NCBI GenBank assembly: GCA_965261685.1
Contig: CBDHDI010000012.1
Location: 2,426-66,425, forward strand
Length of the DNA: 64,000 bases
From: Dehalococcoidia bacterium
Lineage (GTDB): Bacteria > Chloroflexota > Dehalococcoidia > UBA2979
Reading direction: 5' to 3'
Numbering within the stretch: position 1 is the first letter of the stretch; each line of letters starts with the position of its first letter. The notes under the pieces were generated by a model. It was not told the origin of the DNA and did not search any database. It saw only the letters and a program-made list of their open reading frames with translations. The position numbers and the translations under genes were made by a program. Shown piece after piece: positions 26,156 through 36,414 of this stretch.

Positions 26156-26779
26156 ATGGATCCGAGCGAACGATTCCCGATCACCCTCGGCGAGGCGATC
26201 TTCTCGCTGCGGGCGATCCGCCGCGTCAAGCCCGACCCGATTCCCGAGGACGACCTGCGCGACATCCTGACGGCGACGATCCAGGCCCCCAACGGCGGCA
26301 ATGCCCAGCCCTGGCACTTCCTCGCCGTGCGTGACCCGGAGCTGCGGCGGCAGCTCGGCGAGCTCTACCGCGAGGCGTGGTGGGCGAAGCGCGCCGATCA
26401 GGGCATCCACGGCCCCGAGGACATCGACCAATCGAATGGGACGATGGTCTCGGCGATGAGGCTGGCCGACGAGTTCGGCGCGGCGCCGCTGATCGTGCTG
26501 CTCTGCGCGACCGACCAGGGAGCGAACGCCATGGCATCGGTCATTCCGTCGGTGCAGAACCTGCTGCTCGCCGCCCGCGCGCTCGGCATCGGCGGCACGA
26601 TCACGACCCTGCACGCCGTGGTCGATGAGCGCGCAAAGGAGCTGCTGGGAATCCCCGGGGAGATCCAGATCGTCTACGCAGTGCCGCTCGGCTACCCGCG
26701 GGGCAGCTTCGGACCGGTCACCCGCAAACCGCTCAGCGAGGTCGCCTCAATCGACCGCTGGGACAACGCGATCGGGTAG
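26156..26779 (+). CDS. Nitroreductase family protein
   Basis: ATG 26156 after gggaggctcac. Sequence includes RAIRRVKPDPIPEDDLRDILTATIQAPNGGNAQPWHFLAV. Confidence 0.85.
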   Translation: MDPSERFPITLGEAIFSLRAIRRVKPDPIPEDDLRDILTATIQAPNGGNAQPWHFLAVRDPELRRQLGELYREAWWAKRADQGIHGPEDIDQSNGTMVSAMRLADEFGAAPLIVLLCATDQGANAMASVIPSVQNLLLAARALGIGGTITTLHAVVDERAKELLGIPGEIQIVYAVPLGYPRGSFGPVTRKPLSEVASIDRWDNAIG

Positions 26780-26831
26780 CGGCCGCCGGTGGGGCAGATG
26801 ATGCGGCTCGCCTAACCCTCGGGGACAACCC

Positions 26832-27464
26832 TCACCTGGTCGGCGATGAAGTCGCTGGTCCCCCAGCCAGTATCCGGATGGCATCGAGGGCCCGACACAA
26901 GTGTTCGCTGAATCCCGGGCCGGCCTGACCCTCTGGCAAGTACCTCCATAACTCGAACATCTTTGCATGGATGCGGAAAACCTCCCTGACATGCGATAGC
27001 TCGGGCATGGAAAGGTCGGCTCCGATCGATCTCACGGATCGCGAAGAGGAGACGAGACGCATGTAGACTCGGTTCAACTGACCCTGCGTATCTTCTGAGA
27101 GCTTGTCGAACAGCTCCGAAAGGTCGTGAGTATTGGCAGCCAATTCGTTTGGGTTCTCGATCTCATGGAGCAACTTCAGGCCTGTTTCTACGGCCAGTGG
27201 TAGCAGGATACTGGCGGCCAGCAGATTGCCTGTAGATTTGTACCTTGCGTCACTCCTGTCTGGCCTGACGAGTTCTTGAGGGAATTCTGACGTGCGATGC
27301 ATTAGCCCATCGATAACTTCGCTCAAGTCCTCCATTACCAGCATGGCTGTCTCATCGTTCAGCCGAGTCTGCTTCTTCGTGCTACGCAGAGGTTGCCCGA
27401 CCCCTTGCTCGAATTTCACTATCGTGATCTCGCTGCGGCTGTCCCGGCCCGCTTCTCTAGGCAT
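26832..27464 (-). CDS. Hypothetical protein with HEPN-like features, low-GC
   Basis: 210 aa. AVETGLKLLHEIENPNELAANTHDLSELFDKL resembles classical HEPN helices. A possible Rx5H is present (REVFRIH). 27091..27190 is 49% G+C by hand count. Confidence 0.5.
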   Translation of the reverse strand: MPREAGRDSRSEITIVKFEQGVGQPLRSTKKQTRLNDETAMLVMEDLSEVIDGLMHRTSEFPQELVRPDRSDARYKSTGNLLAASILLPLAVETGLKLLHEIENPNELAANTHDLSELFDKLSEDTQGQLNRVYMRLVSSSRSVRSIGADLSMPELSHVREVFRIHAKMFELWRYLPEGQAGPGFSEHLCRALDAIRILAGGPATSSPTR

Positions 27465-27597
27465 GAGCTAGGGTGCCCCCTCTCCTGGGTGCCCCCGTGG
27501 GTGCCACCCTCGAATACAACGGATGGTGCCGACACACTCTCTGGGGCCGGCTGTCCCATCGTTCTCTGCTGCTACGCTCGTTCCACGTCGCCTCTCG

Positions 27598-27930
27598 CTA
27601 CGCGCGCTTATCCTCTCCCACCTCCGAGAAGTTGGTGATGGCGACCTCGCCCTCGGGGAACTCGGCGACGATCTTCAGCCGGCCGCCGACCGCCTCAATG
27701 TAGGAGCGGAGGCTGGAGACGTAGATGTCGGCGCGCTGTTCCAGCTTGGCCACGGCGGGCTGGGTCACCTGCAGCGTCTCCGCCAGGTCCTGCTGGGTCA
27801 GCGCCCGTGCCCGGCGCAACTCGTTCAGCGGCATCTCGGCGAGCAACTCGCGCTTCATCGCGTCGATGCGCCGACGGCGTTCAGGCGTGATGTCCTTCGT
27901 CAGTTCCCGGAATGGGTGGCGTCCGCTCAT
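27598..27930 (-). CDS. higA: XRE-family HTH antitoxin (HigA-like)
   Basis: ATG 27930. The sequence reads MSGRHPFRELTKDITPERRRRIDAMKRELLAEMPLNELRRARALTQQDLAETLQVTQPAVAKLEQRAD. It overlaps the higB stop by 4 nt. Confidence 0.85.
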   Translation of the reverse strand: MSGRHPFRELTKDITPERRRRIDAMKRELLAEMPLNELRRARALTQQDLAETLQVTQPAVAKLEQRADIYVSSLRSYIEAVGGRLKIVAEFPEGEVAITNFSEVGEDKRA

Positions 27931-28289
27931 TCGATCACTCCCTCCCGTCGCAGCTCGCGCAGGTGCTCGTCGTAGAGGTCGTCGGCCCGTGGCACGTACT
28001 CCTCGTAGAAGCGGTCGTTGCCGGTCTTGTCGCCGCCGATGAGGAGGATGGAGGTCCGCCTCGGGTCGAAGGCGTACAGGACCCGCAGGGGCTGGCCGGC
28101 ACTCTGCGCTCGCAACTCGCGCATCACGCCATGGCGCGAGCCCCGGATGTCGGAGGAGTAGGGGTACGGCAGGTTCGGTCCGTATTCCATCAGCAGCTCG
28201 ACCCTCGCGGTCACGGCATCCTGGTCGCGCTCCGCGATCTCCTGCCACCAGTCACCGAACTGGTCTGTGTACTCCACCTCCCACGGCAT
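27927..28289 (-). CDS. higB: RelE/ParE-superfamily toxin (HigB / Gp49-like)
   Basis: 120 aa with MPWEVEYTDQFGDWWQEI...MRELRAQSAGQPLRVLYAFDPRRTSILLIGGDKTGNDRFY. Confidence 0.85.
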   Translation of the reverse strand: MPWEVEYTDQFGDWWQEIAERDQDAVTARVELLMEYGPNLPYPYSSDIRGSRHGVMRELRAQSAGQPLRVLYAFDPRRTSILLIGGDKTGNDRFYEEYVPRADDLYDEHLRELRREGVIE

Positions 28290-28291
28290 AG

Positions 28292-28330
28292 AGTCAGTAT
28301 ATGACTATTAGGGAATGTTTGGGAATGCTG
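28292..28330 (-). promoter_or_regulatory. Candidate higBA operator/promoter
   Basis: Inverted repeat agtca-gtata-tgact at 28292..28306, directly upstream of the higB ATG. Tandem gggaatg motifs at 28311 and 28321. Confidence 0.4.
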
Positions 28331-28396
28331 CTCTCCAAGCGTGAGCTGCAATAGCCGAGGAGCCCAGCACCAGTATGTCGCTAGGTCGAAACCGAA

Positions 28397-28462
28397 GGCA
28401 CTACGAGTGCGTGCGCAGGAAGGCGCGGATCTCCTCGAGGGTGGCGGCAGCCGGGTTGGCCG
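28397..28462. repeat. Relic copy of the 3' end of the alpha/beta hydrolase gene 29807..30667
   Basis: ggcactacgagtgc..gcgcaggaaggcgcggatctcctcgag.gtggc matches 29803..29868. It encodes ...TLEEIRAFLRTHS-stop, against ...TLEEIRAFLREHS-stop in the intact gene. Confidence 0.8.
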
Positions 28463-28507
28463 TCGCCGCTGGCGGCGCCGGGTAGCGATGGCGCTCGCGA
28501 TCCGCCC

Positions 28508-29752
28508 TCAGCGGGCTCGGCGCAGCTCGGGCGAGAAGGCCGTGATGGCGATCGTCAAGACAGCGAGCAGCAGGCCCGAGGCCGCCGTTGTCGTCACTAC
28601 GCCCAGCGACGACGCGACGGCGCCGTGCACGAGCATCGCACCCGGCAAGACGCCGATCGAAATCATGAGCACGCCGAGCACGCGCCCGCGCGCCTCAGGC
28701 GGCGCGAGCAGCATCGTCAACGTGCTCTGCATCACGCCAAACCCCGAACCCCCTATGCCGGCGATGAAGACCAGCAGTAGCGCGAGTGCGAACCCGCCGC
28801 TCAGCGCGAACGCGGCGAGTGCCACCCCGAACAGCACTGTCGCCACCAGGTAGAGCATTCCCTTCCAGCGGAAGTCGCCTCGCGAGGCGATCCCGAGGGC
28901 GCCGAGCAGCGCCCCCAGCCCGTTGACGCCGACGATCAGCCCCAGTCCCGCGGCGCCGACGTTGAAGACCTCCTCGGCGAAGACGGGCAGGAATCCGATG
29001 ATCACCGGCCACGCGAAGATGTTCGCCAGCACCGTGACCAGCAGCAGGGCGCGCAGCGCGGGGCTTGCGAGGGCGTAGCGGAACCCGTGCGCGACCTCGG
29101 CCGGCGCCGCCCTCACGGCAGAGCGAGGACCCCGGCGAGCGTCCTCGAGGCGGAGCAGGGGCCACGATGCGGGCAGGTACCAGGCGGCGCAGAACCACAG
29201 AGCGACGTCCGCCCCGAACGTCGCGATCAGCACACCCGCTGCCGCTGGAACGACCATGCGGCTGCCCAGCATCCCCGCCGCGGTGAGCGCGTTCGCGCTC
29301 GAGACGCGTCGCTCGCCCACGAGGTCGATTGTGAGCGTGAACCGTGTCGGCATCAGCGGCTGCATGGTGAGGCCGACGAGCGCCGCGGCCACAACGACGT
29401 GCCAGTACTCGGCTCTATCCAGCGTCACGAGCAGCGCGATACCCGCCCCGCTGGCGAGCGCGAGCGACTGTGCGCCGATCAGCAACCGCGGACGGTGGAT
29501 GCGGTCCGCGAGCAGGCCGCCGAGCGGCCCCAGCAGCATCGGCGCCAATCCGGCCGCCGCCGCCGCGGAGACCGCGAGCTCCGAGCCCGTGATGTCGAAC
29601 GCCAGCCAGGCGAGCACGACTAGCTGCCCCCACCACGCGCTCGATGCGAACAGCGTGCTCCACCACAGCGCGCGGAAGTCCGGGTAGGCGAGCAGCGGCG
29701 TCAGCGTGTTCGCAACCAGCGAGAGGCGGCCGGGAGCGATCCCTACGCGCAT
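28508..29752 (-). CDS. MFS transporter (MFS_3-like)
   Basis: 414 aa with YPDFRALWWSTLFASSAWWGQLVVLAWLAFDITGS...LGGLLADRIHRPR. Confidence 0.85.
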   Translation of the reverse strand: MRVGIAPGRLSLVANTLTPLLAYPDFRALWWSTLFASSAWWGQLVVLAWLAFDITGSELAVSAAAAAGLAPMLLGPLGGLLADRIHRPRLLIGAQSLALASGAGIALLVTLDRAEYWHVVVAAALVGLTMQPLMPTRFTLTIDLVGERRVSSANALTAAGMLGSRMVVPAAAGVLIATFGADVALWFCAAWYLPASWPLLRLEDARRGPRSAVRAAPAEVAHGFRYALASPALRALLLVTVLANIFAWPVIIGFLPVFAEEVFNVGAAGLGLIVGVNGLGALLGALGIASRGDFRWKGMLYLVATVLFGVALAAFALSGGFALALLLVFIAGIGGSGFGVMQSTLTMLLAPPEARGRVLGVLMISIGVLPGAMLVHGAVASSLGVVTTTAASGLLLAVLTIAITAFSPELRRAR

Positions 29753-29802
29753 GCGCTGCGCCCACGACGCGGGCGTTGCGTCGCCGCCTCGATGGAGGTC
29801 AC

Positions 29803-29868
29803 GGCACTACGAGTGCTCGCGCAGGAAGGCGCGGATCTCCTCGAGCGTGGCCGGGAGGTTGGCGGCGG
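29803..29868. repeat. Partner of the 28397..28462 repeat (true 3' end of the hydrolase gene)
   Basis: See 28397..28462. Confidence 0.8.
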
Positions 29869-30667
29869 AGCGGCAGTCGACGGCGAGGCAGCGGGCGTGC
29901 GGGGCCTCGGCGCAGATGCGCTCGGCGATCGAGGTGGGGTGGAACTCGTCGCTGCCGGGCAGGATCAGCAGCGGCGCCGGGCAGCCGCGCAGCCACTCCT
30001 CGCCGACCGTCATGTAGGGCGGGTCGTCCGGCCAGTAGGCGTCGCCGAGGCGCTCGACGATCGCGACGTAATCCGCGGGCGCCATCGCGGTCAGCTCTTC
30101 GCGGAAGGCCGGGTCGACCTCGATCCGCCGCGAGAACGGCCCGCCCGCGTTGTTGGTGACGAACTGCGGATTCTCGAGGGCGCTCGCGACGACGGCCGCC
30201 ATGCCCTCGGCGCGTGCGAGCTCGACCGTCGGGCGGAACATCTCCATGAATGTGCCGAGCGAGTTCGTGTGGTCGATCCCCACGGGGCTCTGCCCCACCG
30301 CCGAGGCGACGCGATCGGGCGGCTCGCGGATCATGCGCAGTTCGTAGGCGACGCCGATGCAACCGCCCATGAGGTGCGCGCGCTCCACGCCGAGCGCGTC
30401 GAGGACGGCGAGCTGGTCGCCGAGCGCGAGGTCGTAGGAGAACTCGAGCGGGGCGTCCCAGCTCTCGCCGGCGTGGCGCTGGTCCATGCCGATCACGAGC
30501 CGCTCGTCCGCGAACTCGCGCGTCGGGTCTATGTCGCTGCGATGCCAGAAGTCGATCTCGGAGCGGACGCCGCCGGGCGCGATTAGCAGCAGCGGCGTCG
30601 CGCCGTTGTCCGGCCCCCAGGTGTCGTAGTGGATCCGTGCGCCGTCGGGTCGCTCGATGAACGGCAT
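29807..30667 (-). CDS. Alpha/beta hydrolase
   Basis: ATG 30667 after tgaggaggagccg. The sequence reads MPFIERPDGARIHYDTWGPDNGATPLLLIAPGG...HLMGGCIGVAY. This is the C-terminal part of track ORF 29807..31954. Confidence 0.8.
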   Translation of the reverse strand: MPFIERPDGARIHYDTWGPDNGATPLLLIAPGGVRSEIDFWHRSDIDPTREFADERLVIGMDQRHAGESWDAPLEFSYDLALGDQLAVLDALGVERAHLMGGCIGVAYELRMIREPPDRVASAVGQSPVGIDHTNSLGTFMEMFRPTVELARAEGMAAVVASALENPQFVTNNAGGPFSRRIEVDPAFREELTAMAPADYVAIVERLGDAYWPDDPPYMTVGEEWLRGCPAPLLILPGSDEFHPTSIAERICAEAPHARCLAVDCRSAANLPATLEEIRAFLREHS

Positions 30668-30681
30668 CGGCTCCTCCTCAG

Positions 30682-31908
<1,227 letters not shown>

Positions 31909-32250
31909 CGTGCCTCCAGCGGTTGCGTCGGGTAGCGAGGGCGTTCCGCGGCATGGGGCGCGGCGCGCCGGTATCTTAGCGCCTCGTGGCCTCCCGACGC
32001 GGGCGGCCCGTCCGGGAGGTGCGCGCCGAGCAGCGCTCGATCGGCGACTACACCGCGCGCATCAAGGTCAGCGAGCGCCCGGCCCCACGTCGGCCAGCTC
32101 ATGGACAACACCCTGATCCGCGAGGAGCCGGGCTTCGCCCCCTGCTATACCATCGAAACAGACCTCGCCGACTACATCGAGCGCATCCGCAGCGCTCTGG
32201 ATGTGACGGGGCGCTGACAGACCGGCACCTGCAGCAAGAGGGAGGCCAGT

Positions 32251-33906
32251 ATGCCACAGCTCAACTGCTACAAGCTCAAGTCTGAGCCAGTTGACGGCGG
32301 AACGGATAACTTCGATCGATGGATCGATCTCAAGGCGACCGACGTGACATATGGGCCGATTACACGCCGGGGATTCCGCGCGAACTTGTACGTGCGGAGT
32401 GGTGCCCCCATGGTTCCGGCATGGACCAAATTCGTCGGCGCACCGTTCGACAATCCGGACTGGGTGCCCGGCAGGTACACCTCTGCAGCCCTTGTGGTAG
32501 AGACAGAAGATGGGGACTGCTTCGCGTTTGCCTTTGGTCCTGGCGGCCGGTTTATGATTCGCCCTGACGGGTACGACCGAGCGTTCGGACTTCGTACGGC
32601 GCTCAACCTGCTTTCGGAAGGGGACGGAGGACCCGTCGCGGAAGCGCCAGAGCTTCGTGCGGTCAATCTCAGCAGAATGGGCACCAACACACGGCGATCA
32701 CAGCAGCAGCTTTCAAAGAGCTCATCCATCAGTGAGTTCGAACTCGACACGCTGCAGGACATCTTTGTTGCTGCGACCGGACGTCCACAAGAGGTTAGCA
32801 AATGGGGAACAACGGTGACGGGGCGAGAGTCGCTCCACATAAGTCTGGACTTGTCTTTCGACGAGCTAGGCGATCTTTGTAAGGATCTGAGTGCCGCAAG
32901 CGTACGGGAAGACTATCAAGCGCACTTTCGATGGGTTGACTACTTCCAGCCTGTGTCCGACCAGACGACCCAGCAAGAATTGGTGGACTCAGTCCTCCGA
33001 GCATTCAAGGACCAAGACTGGGAGAGTCTCGATCTTGCACCGCCTGATCTCTTGGACTGGAGTCAGGTCGCGGGGTTCCACTATCACTTTGACCGAAAGC
33101 CGAGAGGTGGTTCTGTTGTCCTTCATCCGGAACTGAGAATTCAGGACTACTTTCGTGGTGTCCAAAGGGAAATCGACAGGGTTGATTGGGCGTATCTTAA
33201 GACACATGACATCACAATCCGCGATGGTGATCATCGGAAGTTGCATGGGTGGCCGGTTTGGCGTTGGCTCAATGGCACGTTCACCCTAGAGGAAGGCACG
33301 TTCGTACTTGACTCGGGAAACTTCTTCTCTGTTGACCAAGCATATCTTGAAAGCCTGAACGCAGAGATCGATGAGATCCCGATTACGAGCTTACTGTTCC
33401 CTCATGCACTGAGTGGAGAGCAAGAGGGAACCTACACCGAGCGGATCGCTGCGGATCTCGCACCGTGTCTTGTCCTCGATGGAGACCTGGTGCGTAGGGG
33501 TGCGGGCGAGTCGCCGGTCGAGCTGTGCGACTTGATGACCGCTGATCGACGTCTCATTCATATCAAGAGACACTTCGCTTCACGTGGCATTAGTCATCTG
33601 TTGGCGCAGGCGACTGGTTCAGCTGAGATGCTACAAATGGACCGTGAGTTCCGTGAGCGAGCGGCGACATTGATTTCGAAGCACGATTCCGAAGCCCTGT
33701 TCGAGGGGTGGTTCTCTGATGCACCGTTCGAAACTCGGGCGTTCGAAGTCGTCCTAGCCATAATCGGGAGGTGGAATGGGCGTTCCGCATCCAAGGCGTT
33801 ACCGTTCCTGAGCAAGGTGAATCTCCGGAACGCAGTCCGTCGCTTTCAGAGTAGCAACTACGGATATTCGCTTGCGCCGATCGGGGTCGGTGAACTTGGC
33901 GGGTAG
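32251..33906 (+). CDS. DUF6119 / TIGR04141-like sporadically distributed protein (function unknown), low-GC islet
   Basis: 551 aa. N-terminus is MPQLNCYKLKSEPVDGGTDNFDRWI. The C-terminal core is ESPVELCDLMTADRRLIHIKRHFASRGISHLLAQATGSAEML. Family assignment is from memory of the family pattern, not a search. 32251..32350 is 53% G+C against 72% for 33912..34011 (hand counts). Confidence 0.7.
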   Translation: MPQLNCYKLKSEPVDGGTDNFDRWIDLKATDVTYGPITRRGFRANLYVRSGAPMVPAWTKFVGAPFDNPDWVPGRYTSAALVVETEDGDCFAFAFGPGGRFMIRPDGYDRAFGLRTALNLLSEGDGGPVAEAPELRAVNLSRMGTNTRRSQQQLSKSSSISEFELDTLQDIFVAATGRPQEVSKWGTTVTGRESLHISLDLSFDELGDLCKDLSAASVREDYQAHFRWVDYFQPVSDQTTQQELVDSVLRAFKDQDWESLDLAPPDLLDWSQVAGFHYHFDRKPRGGSVVLHPELRIQDYFRGVQREIDRVDWAYLKTHDITIRDGDHRKLHGWPVWRWLNGTFTLEEGTFVLDSGNFFSVDQAYLESLNAEIDEIPITSLLFPHALSGEQEGTYTERIAADLAPCLVLDGDLVRRGAGESPVELCDLMTADRRLIHIKRHFASRGISHLLAQATGSAEMLQMDREFRERAATLISKHDSEALFEGWFSDAPFETRAFEVVLAIIGRWNGRSASKALPFLSKVNLRNAVRRFQSSNYGYSLAPIGVGELGG

Positions 33907-33911
33907 GAAGT

Positions 33912-36407
33912 CTAGTACGCCACTCCGGCGTCGGCGAGGGCGGCGTGCTCCTCGGGGCTGAGGCCCAGGATCTCGCGGTAGACGTAGTCGTTGTGCTGGC
34001 CGAGCGCCGGGGCGGGGTGCATCTCCGGGCGGGCGCCGTTGACCAGCCAGGGCATGGAGAGCACCTCGAGCGTGCCGAGGCGGGCGTGGTCGACGGTCGT
34101 CCACATGCCGCGCTGGCGGACGTGGGCGTCCTCGTAGAGGTCGCGCACGTTCATGCTCGGCGACGCGGGCACGCCCAGCGACTGCAGCTCGGCGACCAGC
34201 TCGTCGCGATTGCGGCCGCGCGCCCAGTCGGCGATCGCCGCGTCGATCGAGGGCTCCTGCGCCTTGCGCGCCTGGCGGTCCCAGGCGGGGTCGAGCCGCC
34301 AGTCGCCGATGTGTTCGGCGAGACGGCGCCACTGCTCGTCGCGCTCGACGGCGAGCACGACCCAGCCCGGGCGGTCGCTGTCCTCGCACTCGTACGAGTT
34401 GTGCGGGGCGAGCACCGGGTGGCGGTTGCCCATCGGCTCGTCGACGGCGCCGCGCAGCTGCCATTCGATCAACTGGTCGCCGACCAGCGTGGTCCCCACC
34501 TCGGAGGCGGCGAAGTCGATGAACACTGCACTGTCCGAATGGTCGCGCGCCATCAGCCCGACGATCGCGGCGAGGGCGACCGAGGTGCCGACGCGCTGGT
34601 CGAGCGGGCCGCGGTACTCGCTGGGGGTGCCGACGTCGTAGCCGCTCAGCGCGGACATGCCGGAGGTCGCGCCGAAGACGGCGGCGTAGCCGGGCATGTG
34701 GCCGTCCGGCCCGGTCTCGCCGTTGGCCGAAAGCGAGACCATTACGATGCGCGGATTGACCTCGATCAGCCGGTCGAAGCCGAGGCCGAGCCGCTTCACG
34801 GCGCCCGTCCGGAAGCTCTCGATGATCACGTCGGCGCCGGCGACCAGCTCGCGCACGATCTCGCGCCCGCGCTCGTGCGCGAGGTCCACCTGGACGCTCT
34901 GCTTGCCCATGTTGACCTCGTTGAAGCGGTAGCCGGTGTCGACCCAGTCGCCGTACTTCAACTCGTCGAGCATCACGGTCTTGAGGCGGCGCGCCTTGCG
35001 GAACGGGTCGGTGCGATTGAGGCTCTCGACCTTCACGACCTCGGCGCCCAGCGAGGCGAGGATCATGTTTCCGTAGGGCCCCGCCTGGTACCAGGTGAGG
35101 TCGACGATGCGCTTGCCCGCGAGCCAGCCGATCGGCCGCGCCGGCGGCACCGCCAGCTGCGGCTTTGGGGCGCCGGAACGGATCGCGGGCGCGCGATCGC
35201 CGTCGAGGGCGGCGAGCGTCGCCTCGGTGTCCGCGCCGAGCCGCGGCGGCGCGGCCCCGGCCGGTCCCGGCCGCCAGGCGCGGTCGCCGCTCGCGCCGCC
35301 CCCGGCCGCGCCGTGCGCCTCGCGCACGATGTAGGGGTGGGCCGGCACGTCCTGCGGCTCGCCGTCCGGGTAGCTGACGGTGTCGAAGAAGTCGCGGAAG
35401 CGCATCTGCTCGCAGTGGAAGATGTCTTCCATCGTGCGAACCGGCCCGCCGGGGACGCCGTGCTTGCGCAGGGCCTGGTAGATCTCGTGCTTGCTGCGCT
35501 CCTTGAGCCAGACGGCGAAGAGGTCGTTGAGCTCGCCGGTGTGCTTGATGCGGTCCTCGGCGGTGGAGCCGAGGGTGTGCGCCCACTCCGGGCTGTCGAC
35601 GGCCAGCACGAGGCGTTCCCACATGTGCTGCTCGGAGGGGTAGATCTCCACCCAGCCGTCGAGGCACTCGACGAGGCCGAGCACCGGGATCTGGCGCGTG
35701 GCGCGCGTATCGATGAAGCCGTCGTTGGGCCACTTCACGATGTCCTGGCGGCTCAGCGCCATCGCCGCTTCCTGCCAGCTCAGCTCGACGACTGCCGGCT
35801 CGCGATCACCGGCGAGCCAGCCGAGCATCGTGAGGCCGGCCGCCGTGCCCGCGTCCAGCTCGGCGACGCGGCTGGGGACGCGGACCGGCTCGCGGTCCGG
35901 GTAACGCAGCCAGCTGAGGCCGCCGGGGAAGGCGTACGCCTCGCCGCCGGTGTGGTGGGCGGTGAGGTGCGTGGCCTCCCAGCCGGCGTGATCGCCGAAG
36001 CGCCCGAAGGGCGTGAGCGAGACCGCCAGGCGGCAGCGCCCGCTGCCCGGCAGCGCATCGAAGTCCAGCCCGATCTCGTCCCAATGGCTCGCCTCGTGCC
36101 CGTCGAGCACGATCTCCGCGCTCGCCAGCAGCCGTGCGAGGTCGTCCCGCCCCTCGGGCGTGGTGTCGTCGATGACGACGCTGCGCTTGCCGGCGTTGGC
36201 GTAGGCGAAGAGGGCGGAGCAGTCGGCGCCGGGGGCGGTGAAGCCCTCGAAGCGCGTGCGGTCGCCCTCGGGCGGCTCGATCTTGGTGACCGTGACGCCG
36301 AGGTCGGCGAGCAGCCGTCCGGCGAAGCCGATCGCGGCGCTCTGGCCGTACTCGACGGCGCTCACGCCCTCGAGCAGAGCGGGCGCGGGGACGAGCTGCT
36401 CGCTCAC
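33912..36407 (-). CDS. Tandem two-domain family III CoA-transferase (831 aa)
   Basis: Domain 1: GVSAVEYGQSAAIGFAGRLLADLGVTVTKIEPPEGD...NAGKRSVVID. Domain 2: LAGKRIVDLTWYQAGPYGNMILASLGAEVVKVESLNRTDP...NMGKQSVQVDL. Confidence 0.85.
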   Translation of the reverse strand: MSEQLVPAPALLEGVSAVEYGQSAAIGFAGRLLADLGVTVTKIEPPEGDRTRFEGFTAPGADCSALFAYANAGKRSVVIDDTTPEGRDDLARLLASAEIVLDGHEASHWDEIGLDFDALPGSGRCRLAVSLTPFGRFGDHAGWEATHLTAHHTGGEAYAFPGGLSWLRYPDREPVRVPSRVAELDAGTAAGLTMLGWLAGDREPAVVELSWQEAAMALSRQDIVKWPNDGFIDTRATRQIPVLGLVECLDGWVEIYPSEQHMWERLVLAVDSPEWAHTLGSTAEDRIKHTGELNDLFAVWLKERSKHEIYQALRKHGVPGGPVRTMEDIFHCEQMRFRDFFDTVSYPDGEPQDVPAHPYIVREAHGAAGGGASGDRAWRPGPAGAAPPRLGADTEATLAALDGDRAPAIRSGAPKPQLAVPPARPIGWLAGKRIVDLTWYQAGPYGNMILASLGAEVVKVESLNRTDPFRKARRLKTVMLDELKYGDWVDTGYRFNEVNMGKQSVQVDLAHERGREIVRELVAGADVIIESFRTGAVKRLGLGFDRLIEVNPRIVMVSLSANGETGPDGHMPGYAAVFGATSGMSALSGYDVGTPSEYRGPLDQRVGTSVALAAIVGLMARDHSDSAVFIDFAASEVGTTLVGDQLIEWQLRGAVDEPMGNRHPVLAPHNSYECEDSDRPGWVVLAVERDEQWRRLAEHIGDWRLDPAWDRQARKAQEPSIDAAIADWARGRNRDELVAELQSLGVPASPSMNVRDLYEDAHVRQRGMWTTVDHARLGTLEVLSMPWLVNGARPEMHPAPALGQHNDYVYREILGLSPEEHAALADAGVAY

Positions 36408-36414
36408 GTCGGGG

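Noticed and set aside
26829-26838. A third occurrence of ccctcacctg (also in the repeats flanking the IS110 unit), at the stop codon of the HEPN-like gene.
   Set aside because: It is only a 10-mer with unrelated surrounding sequence, so it is most simply coincidence. It would be worth revisiting only if a genome-wide search shows this motif marks IS110 targets.
32101-32217. A 38-codon ORF (MDNTLIREEPGFAPCYTIETDLADYIERIRSALDVTGR) in the spacer left of the DUF6119 gene. Considered as a small partner or antitoxin gene.
   Set aside because: It has no RBS-like sequence and core-like high G+C. Upstream in-frame sequence looks like degraded coding DNA, so it is more likely a C-terminal remnant of a lost gene. 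It cannot be excluded without homologue comparison.
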